NCBI GenBank assembly: GCA_037447605.1
Contig: CM074813.1
Span: 3,162,001-3,226,000 of the forward strand
DNA: 64,000 bases
Direction of reading: 5' to 3'
From: Zygnema circumcarinatum SAG 698-1b
Lineage: Eukaryota > Plantae > Zygnematophyceae
Below the pieces are notes generated by a model. The model was not told the origin of the DNA. It was given only the letters and a program-made list of their open reading frames with translations, and did no database searches. Shown piece after piece: positions 53,801 through 64,000 of this stretch. The stretch's first letter is position 1. Each line of letters opens with the position of its first letter. Position numbers and translations under genes: made by a program.

Positions 53801-56230
53801 ATGATTCAGCCGCAGTAAGACATACGCTCTCCCGGAATTTTGCTCATTATCCGGACGGCCGCTAGATCGGGCCCTCGCAGCCTTTCTCTCTTCTAAAGCG
53901 ATCTAATAAGGAGCCCGACATCCTGACGCAGAAACACCGTATGTGAGATTCACCGCCGCTCAATGGGATGCGCGTGATCAAGAGGGTACTGAAAGGGGAA
54001 GGGGTTTCGTCAGGCTGGCTATGGCCAGGTCGCGACCATTGGGGCTGTCCTGACGCCCCGGCGCTGGACGCTCGAGAAGGAAGGCTTGCCCCGAGTAGAT
54101 GTAGCGCAGGATCGAATAACCGCTGATTCGGTGGCCTTCGTGAACCGCCGGTGAGTCGACCTTTGCCGGATCCGTGAAATGCTTCCATGTAATGTGGTCG
54201 ACATGCGCCGGGCCGCCTCTCTTGATCCTTCAATTCGCTTCCCCGCCTCGCCTAACAATGCACCGGGCATCACCGTGGGTTGTCTCGCAGTACTTCACGC
54301 ATCCGTGGAGTATCCTTCGCCGATGGCCTTGCGAATCCACTGAGCATCTCGGAAAAGCCAAGCAAGTTCTCGATCAGATTTGGCTATGCCATTAAAAGCG
54401 CCAAAGGAATTCAAATGTACCGCCATCAGAGTATCTTCTATGTAGCTAAGTCGGCCTAAAGACAAAGTGATCGGATCTCAAATCCAACGTTAATCAAAGC
54501 TTGCTTGAATGTGTCCCTTGTCGTGGGTGGCGCATGACATCTGCTCTCAGGCTAGCTGGACAGCTTCAGTTGATCGCCGCTTCTTCCAGCTGCCCCATAA
54601 GGGCCAGCTTGATCCAATCGTGGGTCCTCCTTCAAACCGCTACACGCCTTCCTGCTGGGTGTCTCAGCCCAAGCTCGCGATCTTCCTCGCTTCACGGTGA
54701 AGCCTCTATGATGATGCCTGCGGGTATCCCCTCACCTCGCCTTTTTTCGTGAATCATATACCGGGCTTTGGTCATCATCTCTTCCATCTTTGGCCGGGAA
54801 CTCGACCGACCGTGCGCTTTTCCCCAGTCAAGCAAGCCGGAGGTCCATGCGACACCCCGCCTCTGCCCCTCGGCCGCTGCCCGGGCTGCCGGATGGACAA
54901 GTTGTGAATGCCGGAGGTGAGGGTGTCTTCTGAGGAATCGCTTGCTCTTCTGTAGGACTGCGTGCTGCTGCTGTGCTTGAAGGGACTCCTGGTGCAGTAG
55001 TTATCCGACTGAGATCTCGTGGGTTCTGTCTCTGGGGGGCCGCGGTGGGGACCTCAGGTTCGAACGGCACTCCTCTCTTCACGCATCCGCGCCGACAGCT
55101 GACCTGCAAAGCCGCCAAATTGATTGGCGCGCTGCGGCATACCGCCAAATGGAAGCTCAGGGCCACCGCCAGACGGGAGTCAGCCGCACTTCTTTCAATC
55201 GACTCGATCCGCCAAGGTGTGTCGCATCGATAAGGTTCTTCGCGATGCCCATCTTCAGTCGCTTCCTTCCCGACCGCTTCTTCCCCGGAATCAATCCGCC
55301 CTCGGATTCGGACGCCGTTTCTTCTTCTTCTTGAGGTGCCAAGTCTTCATCTCAATACTCGTGAAGACCGCGGTCCCCTTTGTCGCAGCCTCTTCATCCA
55401 TGGGCGCCGTGGACACGGGCCAGATCGCGCAGCCCTTACCGCATCAAGGTACGCGGATCCGCAAAACCTTCAGCTCATACCAAGATAAGTGGGTTGAACA
55501 AAGACCGGGCCGAGCTAGTCGTTAGTGTAAGCCGCATTTCGCCCACTCGCTACACCGCGGCTCTAAACCGACGTAGGGTTAGGGCGGTGTCGCGGGTCCG
55601 GTCAAGAAGATAGAGCCGCGATCCTGGGATTCAGAGGTACGCCACAGCCGGAAGACGTAGGGATTCTGAAGACGCCTCTACCCCATGGCCGACTTGATGC
55701 TAAAGAGCCCTTCCTTGGGGATCTCTCCCTCCCTGTCCTCCTGGCCAGTCTCTAACCAGCTTCTAGCGATCATTGGTCATCGAGCAATGCAAGGCAGTGA
55801 TAGAGCAAGATAGGCCCTGGGTATAGTGACAGTTGTAGGGAAAAACAGACACAACTTAGATAAAGGTGGTATTTTGAAATCCTCACCCCAGCCAGCGTTG
55901 GCTGGGGAATGCCATTAAGCAATGAAATTGTCTTCTCACCCAAATCTTTTGTCTAATCGGGCTGAATGGGACGTCTAAATGCTATCAGCAAGAAGACTCT
56001 TTCTCTCTCTCTCTCTCTCTATCTATGGCATGGAACTCTCTCTCTCTCTCTCTCTCTTACTTAGCATCTGTTGCTGTAACTGAAGAGGAAGAAGAGAAGA
56101 AAGAAGAACAAGAAAAGAAACCACACAACAAATACAAATACTAAGCCCAGCACTAAAAGACAAACAAGCATCACTGACATCCCATCTACTTAACACTGAC
56201 AATAGATCTTGAGCCTTAGTAGTGATAGCC
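47805..56230 (-). mobile_element. Degenerate Ty3/gypsy LTR retrotransposon unit 1 (gag-PR-RT-RH-IN); LTR-like repeats at about 47805-48600 and 55342-56230
   Basis: Protease VWLDGHPSKAMIDTGAMRTVLS; RT/RH fragments (KFARWVMKLEEYN); integrase PYPHGRMGL/LEPSF fragments; two diverged LTR-like copies; PBS-like TGGCACCTCAAG next to the right LTR; many frameshifts; right LTR ends approximate. Confidence 0.85.
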
Positions 56231-59200
56231 CCTCGATACAATCGCCCACCGAGAGGCCTGACCTTCATGGAGCCTTCTGATAGGTCAACGTAATGATAGC
56301 ACGCAAGGCCTTAGGCGGTGTTCGAGTGCGCCTTTGCCGGATAAGGTGCCGCCGCGGACCGCTAACGCATGGCGCCGCTTTCTCTCAATCTCCGTTGGCA
56401 GCTCCTGGATTCCGCTGATCCGCGACACGGAAGAGGCATATGTCAAGTACAACTGAACGGACGCGGATCCGTCGAACGCAGCTCCGTTACGCTACATCTG
56501 TAGCACATGCCGGGGGGGGGAAACAAGCGCACGCCCCTGCGGGCGCAATGAAGAAGAGACAAAGGGCAGTGGAGGAGCCAATGATGACGTGGACGGGAGG
56601 CGAGTCGGTGGCCGTGTGGAGAAGCTGCCGCGTACATTCGGCAATGGGGAGTATCGGGAGGACCGTGATCAAGAGACTACCGGGCGAATGTGGGCTTAAG
56701 GGGCAAAAAGTGGCGGAAGTGCGTAATTGGCGGCTTGAATTAGAATGGACCAATGAGGACAAGTAAGTGGGGCATGGAGGCCGCCACGTCGTCAAGGAAC
56801 GGTCACCTATCGCTGGGGAGGAACTACGACGCCGGGCGGCACGACACGATCCGCGGAACGCCACGGGCGTTCTATACTAGAGTCGTAGGCCCTCCTAAAT
56901 GATGGCTCCAACCCGGATCTCCACGGACCGACACAGACAAGGGGCCCAACCACCGAAAAGCCCGCGAGTCGGTTTGGCAAGATTCCCGAGCCAAATGAGC
57001 CGATGCGGCGCTACCCGACATGGGAGAAGAATAAGGCCGGGCGCCTCCCAGCCGCGAAGCCGCCGCTCTGGTGGTGCCTGCTCGAGGTGGGAGGCCATGA
57101 ATCTAGGGTTTGGAAGCGAGGGCCGTGAGTCGGTTAAGGACCCGATCCGGAGGCGCTACATCAGAGAAGAGGGGTCAGAGGTTGCGACGGCCATTGTAGA
57201 GAAATCGAAGTGGGCATTAACGTGGAGGGGATGACCTCGCGCCAGTCCGCCTCCAGCTCCGCGCAGCCGCGGACGCACGCATCCTTGACCGTCTGAATGG
57301 TACGTTCTGCAAGCCCATTCTGCCAGGGGGAGTAGGGGCTGGAGGTGTGGTGAATGATGCGGAAGTCCTGCATGAGCTTGGCAAATGCCCCCTTGTATTC
57401 GGTGCCATTGTCAGAGTGGACAGAGTAGGGTAGAGAGTGGCGGTGAATGATGGCCGTCAGGAGGCGGGCAGAGTGGACGGAATGCTTAGATTCTGTAGCG
57501 TGAACCTCTACCCACTTGGTGTATCCGGCCCACCCGCTAGGAAGACTCGAATGCAGCTGTAGGGGTGCCGAAATGGGGATAGAAAAAGGCGTGAATGTTC
57601 CAATCTTGGCGACCGTATGGGGATCTCACCCATCTCCGTGGGCTGGGCGGTCGGGGAGTGAGCGCTTGCCGCCGGGTAACGTGCAGGCGTCGATGTAGCT
57701 GCTCACCGCGCCGCGGAGGCCGGGCCAATAATAGCGCCCGCAGCTGTGGCGACCATCTTCTTTCCCGGGCCGGTAGGTGGAATCCACGCCGGAATCGTGG
57801 GCTTACATCCGAATCTCCATGCGTCTACATTGGGAAAGGAACAGAAGGCCGAGGGGAGGGGTACGATCCGGCCCGTCATCATCAACAGACTGAGAGCGCG
57901 GAGCAACATCTCTCGGTGTCCGCGGATAAAGGGGTAACGCCATGGTCAAGACGTGAAGCGCAAGGAGGAGTCTCAATGGACGTCATTGGCGCCGGGAAAT
58001 GGGGAGGAAGTAGTGAGCGCCATCATCCATGAGGAGTTCCTACCTGATCCGCATGGGGTGGCCGTGGTGAAGTCGTGGTCCTCCTGGGCCGATGGAGTGG
58101 GTGGTGGCGCTACCGAATATCGATCAGCCCATCCGCGAATATGACATCATGCAGGTCTTGATCGGCAATAAAAATCTCAATGGGAAGATGCTCAGGGTTC
58201 AAGAGGGTGGGTGGAGGGATGTAACTGAACGGCCGGATCGCGGCGCAGGAGGGGAAATTTAGGATTGGCGACCAGGCCGCGATTGCCGCGACTACGGCCG
58301 GACGGTGGAGTGACCTAAGTACATTATACCTCCAACTTCATCACCCATCGTGCAAACTTAGGCTTAGGTAGCCAAGTGATGTGCGTACCAGGTGAGGGCA
58401 TGGTCATCCGATGATAACGCTGGTGGCCGCGGAAGAAGTGGAACTTCGAAAGTGCCCGTGAGGATGTACCGCCGCCTCTCCCCTCGCAGGGCTGTACTTG
58501 GTCTCGGTTTCTCGAACAAACCCCGCTAGCATAATCGATCGGGTGTTCCCATCCAGAATGCTTGATCACACGCCTAAATCCTGTCCGACCTACCGTCAAT
58601 GAGTTGGCGTGGTGGGGTCAAATTGATGCGCATAAGGAGCCCGGCGGAGGGCACTCTTGAGCGCGTGGTTGCCAAATCCCGCCGCTCCATTCAGATGGGA
58701 CTGCGGCTTCCAAGGCATGTGGGACGTGGGGCGATATGGGTGCCAGCCCTTGATGAACCCGCCGATGGGCGAGGTGAGTCCCAAGAAGGACTTTGAGCCG
58801 AAAGAGGTCTCATGGAATCGCGTGATAAGGGCAATCGTTTCCAATCTTGTCCAAGATGGTTTCAGTTATCGATGCCAGGCAGTTCAGATGAGTGATCTCC
58901 CGATGGCCCCATTTGCACTCTTGGTGCAATCTTCAAACGCGCACTAATGAGCTGTTGCAGGACTTGGTCAATGTGTTGCAGGTGAGAGGACCAGTCCTTG
59001 CTGTGGAGGGAGGCATCATCCACGTAAGGCTCGCAGAAGGCGCGACAGGGGCCGAATACTTGGTTGGCCAGGCGCTGGTGAGTCTGGCTGGAATTCTTGA
59101 GCCCAAAGGGAAGCACTGTCCACTGCACGAAGCGCGTGGCTGTGCGAAGCCCTGTCTTGCAGCGATCGGCCTGTCGCAGGGGGATCTGCCAAAAGGACTT

Positions 59201-60669
59201 CTGCATGTCTAGTGCCGAGAACCATCGGTCCTCAAGGGAGACGCCGTGGAGAATCAAATCCACATCCGGTAACGTATAAGGATCCCACTTCGTTATCGGT
59301 GATTCGGGCTTCCCAGAGGTCCCTACGTACGAGTGTGCCATCCGCTTTGGGGCAATCCGTTGGGGCGTAACGGCCGGGCTGGGCTCCATCGCCCTTCTCC
59401 GTGTTCCATCAATCCGCAAACACGCCTGCCGATTCGCCGCTCGACGGCCTCACTGAGCTACCTGCTTAGGGAGTCGTATCACGAGACGATCCCCCGTGAC
59501 AATGTGGTGCTCAATCAGGTGAGTCTTGCCGATGTCGAGTGAATGTCGTGCGAAAACTAGGTGATTTCGGCGCAGCACTTGGCGTAGTTGAGAATGCTTG
59601 ATCGGGTCTGAGAGGACTGCAGGCCCCAATCGCATCTGCCCCTCTATTTCCAGCCACTCCTCATCACTGATGGTCTCATGGGGGGGAAAGGTGGGTGTAG
59701 GTATCACTGGCGGCAACAGTTCTTCCGTCGGCGTACCGAGAGCTGGACTCGGAGGAGCAGGAGGGGGAGTCTCGTCATCGGTATCAGAATTGGCCGATCC
59801 ATAAGAAGAATGGGAGCTGCCGACCGAATGGTACATGGTGATCTCCGGGTAGGAGACCTGCGCCGTGGCGTGGCGCTTGGGGAAGGCGGAGGTGGTGAGG
59901 GACTCGAGGATGATGGGGAAGGAGCATTCCTGGCCCCACGCCAAAGGCGCAGCTTGGACATGTAGCAAGTCGATTTGTGCTCCCATCGCGATGAGCCAAT
60001 CCGAGCCCAGCAGGATAGAATAGTGTTCAGCGGCCGTGATGACCGCATTCACCGTGGCTCCCATCTCGCCAAGACTGATGACCACTTGGGCGCTGCCCAA
60101 TCCTTCATGTAAGCTCCCTTCAACCCCCACATATCGGGGAACGGGCTCAAGTGTCTTGTCCAACTTAACCCCTGCAGCCTTCATCACAGGCTTGGACAGA
60201 ACTGTGCGCATAGCCCCCGTGTCGATCATGGCTTTGCTGGGATGACCGTTGAGCCATACATTGACAATGATCCGCACGTTGGGCGTTGGGATGAGAGGGA
60301 GGATCTGAATCTGTCGAGGAGGATGGCGAGGGGAGCGGACTGGGTCCGGCGGAGGCGCCGTAGCCATGTGGTGGATATCGGCCGGCGAGGGGACGTCTGG
60401 AGGAGGGGCCATAGGAACCGTGGGAGGCCGTAGGGTGGCCTCTGCGCTGTCGGCCAGCTTTCGAACTACGGCGGCAGCACCTGGTACAAGCTGCATCAAC
60501 TGTGACAAGGTAATGCCGATCTTAGCCTTGTCTCCCATGAGTTGATGAACCATGCGTTCAATCAGGGATAGGCCGTCTGTCGGGGGGGGTGGTCGACGAT
60601 CGGCTGCTTGGGGGTAGAAACGAGCTGCCCGAGGGCGATGGGGTGGATTGACGTGCATCTCTTCGGTCG
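56230..60669 (-). mobile_element. Second Ty3/gypsy unit (gag end-PR-RT-RH-IN), same family, sharing the middle LTR and truncated at a gap
   Basis: IDTGAMRTVL; WFSALDMQKSFWQI, VLPFGLKNS, EPYVDDA (RT); EHPIDYASGV (RH); YYWPGL, SDNGTEY, SSPYSPWQNGLAER (IN); domain order is Ty3/gypsy. Confidence 0.88.
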
Positions 60670-62850
60670 NNNNNNNNNNACTAACCTTACTAGCCGTACT
60701 AGCTGTACTAGCCGTTACGGGCTCAACGACTCTTCCCGCACGTGCCGCCGTAAGAGGCGCTCGCTCCTCTCCTCTTCTTATGGGGTTCGATACGGTACGA
60801 TACGATACGATACGTACGAACAAACAGTAACTCTAACCTAATACCGCCCGCCTATTGTTAACACGGACACCCTTATATTTTCGCTACCCAATATTTTCGC
60901 CCAATATTTGCCGAAACCATGGCGAAAATATTGGGGGGGTCTACTGTATTCATAGGGGTGGCCGTAAAATTATTATTTTTAACTAAGTTAATTTCAAAAT
61001 AGCATTTTTAAATAATGTGTGGTTTAAAAAAAATGTATTTACACACCTTTTTTTAGCTAGATACACAGCTTTTAAACACCCTGAACTAGTGATCCGTATG
61101 TATCAAACGCGTGTATAATTTTTTTTTTTTGTGTATAATACACTGTATAATACATGCGTATTATACAACATTTTTAAAATACAGTGTATTTTTAATGTAT
61201 TTAACGTATTTTCTTCGTTTTCGTGTTAGTGGGACAAAAATTGATTATAATGATTGAAGCTTCAAGCCGTACGGCAGCTCTAGGACACCTTATACAAGTC
61301 TCAAAATAGTTGTATTGAAAAATAGGTCCACAAGAGCAGTTTCAAGGGGGGCGGTGATGATGGGACATGCGAGAGCGCTGGCATGGTAGTAGCTATGATG
61401 GGTTTTCCGCAAAGCATTTAGGAACATCAAATATACCTTTGGCGTTTTCGCCTTCCTTTGTGGGTCAGCATTTAAAAATAAAGGTGTGCAGGCAACCTAT
61501 AGCGGTGAAGGCATCATGAGCAGGATAAGAGAAGAAGAGCAACAACAAAATTATGATGAAAACTCTATGCACACAACAAAATAAAAGCCACACCTTTCTT
61601 CTTCCTCTACTATTTATAATAAGTACACCCAAAGAAGACAAGTGAATTGCGAAGAATGTGGCATGGAACTCCCGATGGGGAAGCCATCAAATGTACATGG
61701 ACGAAAGCATGATGTGCATGCATCGAGGGCTGCGTCCTCGGCGACTCGGTCCCGCGACCTTCCGCAGCCAAACCGCGCGAAGCGTTGCGCGCCGGCATGC
61801 ATGCATACATGCTCGCGGCGGCGACCTCCATATACGGGTTACTTCAATGAGATTTTGAAAATTTAACTTCTTTTAATTGAAAGTGGGCTTAAGCGTCCCC
61901 AAGCAAACATCCTGGGATGCGCCACTGATCGCGACGGACGGACGGACGGACGGATGGACTGGTCGGCGACCGCTGGCGGCTGTGGGGCCGATCCCGAGCG
62001 GGAGAGGGCCCCGCCCCCGCACAGAGCACGCAGCACCGTACAGCGCCGCCGCATCTACAGCGCCACGCCGCTGCTGCATCTATTGTGCCGGCTGCAGGCA
62101 GAACTGGCTTTGCCACTGCTTCATTCGTTTCCTTTCAAAGGCGAGAGCTTGGAGGACAGCGGTTGAAGCAGGGTGGCGCAGGAAACTTGCGTGGAGGAAA
62201 AACAAATACAAACCCACTACGCTGCCATTCAGGTGAGCTTTCAGGAAACCACAGATCGGATAACCTGCGCCCTACACTGCTGAGATCACTCTCAAAAGAA
62301 GTAGCACAATGATACAAAAGTTTACATAAATGAACTCGTGCTTTTACAAACTGGCTGAGCGCTATGTTCCCTACATGGAACTCGCCAGGGCCATAGACAC
62401 TGCCTGTACGAATTGACGCGCCTGACCATTACTATGGGGCCATTGGACGCACGGTCTTAGATGAAAGTACCGCTCAGAACAAAGAATTAAAAAAATTTGT
62501 TATCCAAAAAAAAATAAAACATACTCTACCTCAAAACCTCAGAGTCCCTTCCATTAAAAAGGTGGAGAGACTGAACGAAAAGGAAAAACCCCAAGCTCTC
62601 ACGGACTCGAGCAAGCGGCAGGCAGCGATCTCCCTCGGCGGCAGCTCGGCTCGCCTCCGCCCACAGTTCGCCGGCCGGATGGTTCTCTGCCGCACATGCA
62701 TGCAGTCGCTGCCTTCCACGTCCTTATCGAGCCTCCCTTTGGCTCTCTGCCTCCCAGACGCCCCCTCCATATACAATGGAACAACATGGGAACGCAATAA
62801 CTGCCTCCCCTGCATCTGTAGGTATGCCGCGGAGGGCGCGGGCCTAGGCC

Positions 62851-64000
62851 CTACGGGCTGCCGGAGGAGATGCCTTGACGCTTGAGGCGCGCCATGCGGC
62901 GGAGGAGGCGGCGGAGGTGGTTGGAGTGGTCCTCGCGGGCGGTCTTGGAGAGGCGGCTGACGCTGGCGGGGCCGTAGCTGTCCGGCCCGCCCACGCCCCA
63001 CTCGAACCAGTGGCCGCAGTTTGAGAACGTGTAGTGGCCGGGCACGTCCGCCTGGAACACGCTGCTCGCCAGCACGTAGGTCGGCGAATACCCGCACGCT
63101 GAGTCGGAGTAGGTGTAGCACGCGCCTGCAGGCAGCCATACACAGCGGAAGGGCGGGGGGGGTTAGGGCACCGCGGAGGGGGGACTATCGATTGAAGGCA
63201 ATTGAGGGCGCAGAGGGGCAAATCACCTGTGAGGTTGCCGGCCGCAGGGTTGGGCGCCCAGGACCACCAGGAGCAGCCCGAGTCGTCGAGGCCGTTCCGG
63301 CAGAGCGCGCAGCAGTCCCCCACGCTGAGCGCGTCGCCCTGCCACTCCTCCCCTCCGTACGGCGACACCACGCGGCCGAGGTGCTCGCTGGGGTACGCGG
63401 GCGGGGCCGCGAGGACCGCGGGGAGGCTCGCGTCCGTCGGGCAGACCGCGCAGTCCCAGCTGCCGTCCGCCAGCGGACACAGCCCGGGCTCTTCGGCTGG
63501 GGGCGGAGGAGAGGGAGAGGGAGGTGGCGAACGAGGAGGACTGGGTGGAGGAGAACGTGGAGGGGAAGGGAGACGAGGTGAACGCGGAGGAGGAGTGGGA
63601 CGTAGTGGAGGGGGAGATGGCGGTAAAAGAGGAGGACGCGGAGGGGGAGGCGAAGGAGGGGACGGAGAGGGCGGAGGAGGGGGTGGTGGAGGGGATGGAG
63701 GAGGTGGAGATGGGGGGGGGGTTGGAGGAGGTGGAGATGGGGGGGGAGTTGGGGGAGGTGGAGATGGGGGGGGAGTTGGAGGAGGTGGAGATGGGGGGGG
63801 AGCTGGAGGAGGTGGAGATGGGGGGGGAGCTGGAGGAGGTGGAGATGGGGGGGGAGTTGGAGGAGGTGGAGATGGGGGGGGAGTTGGAGGAGGAGGGGAA
63901 GGAGGAGGAGGAAACGGAGGGGAGGAAGTGGGAGGAGGGAAGGGAGGCGGTGGAGAAGGGGGGGAAGGTTGTGGGAGTACGCATTTGACATAGGAGTGAT
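62851..64000 (-). CDS. 3' part of a probable secreted/cell-wall protein with extensin-like Ser-Pro(n) repeats and a Cys/Trp-rich PAN/Apple-like domain; intron 63126-63226; 5' end outside the window
   Basis: Open frame PQPSPPSPPPP..(PPPSPPPPT/A)n from a 27-bp repeat, then CPLADGSWDCAVCP..SVGDCCALCRNGLDDSGCSWWSWAP..|ACYTYSDSAC..; stop at 62851-62853. Confidence 0.7.

Larger units (their letters stand above)
44021..60946. mobile_element. TIR-bounded DNA-transposon-like block (Tc1/mariner/pogo-type ends), no transposase found, with nested LTR retrotransposon sequence
   Basis: Perfect 26-bp inverted repeats CAGTAGACCCCCCCAATATTTTCGCC (44021-44046) and GGCGAAAATATTGGGGGGGTCTACTG (60921-60946), each flanked by TA; a gap at 60670-60679 lies inside. 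Confidence 0.7.

Noticed and set aside
57800-58320. Extra (archaeal-type) RNase H between RH and integrase
   Set aside because: Only an IFADG-like word is present; length and Pro-rich content fit the ordinary gypsy linker
60953-61082. hAT-like TAGGGGTG start of another MITE
   Set aside because: No convincing matching right terminus or 8-bp TSD

Overview
Eukaryotic, intron-rich nuclear DNA of a green-plant-lineage organism, most plausibly a streptophyte alga (inferred from plant-type plastid genes, a bacterial-type DUF900 gene and very abundant simple repeats). It is a draft scaffold with seven 10-N gaps. Nine genes are recognisable from spliced translations: IREG3/MAR1 (3' part), DUF900 alpha/beta hydrolase, SEX4, OHP1, an SDR, BMS1, FKBP17-1, PUR7 and a plastid RbgA/YlqF GTPase. 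The 3' part of a Ser-Pro(n) cell-wall-type protein lies at the right edge. Two small spliced genes invisible in the ORF track were reconstructed by hand: a divergent ubiquitin-like gene (from 14437) and an orphan whose N-terminus resembles the Integrator IntS12 microdomain (from 37933). Bases 44021-60946 are bounded by perfect 26-bp terminal inverted repeats with TA flanks (Tc1/mariner/pogo-like). This block contains hairpins, tandem repeats and a tandem pair of degenerate Ty3/gypsy units that share an LTR and carry a candidate antisense ORF. A 1981-bp exact duplication inside BMS1 flanks a gap and is probably an assembly artefact. All homology calls come from motif recognition by eye, not database searches.
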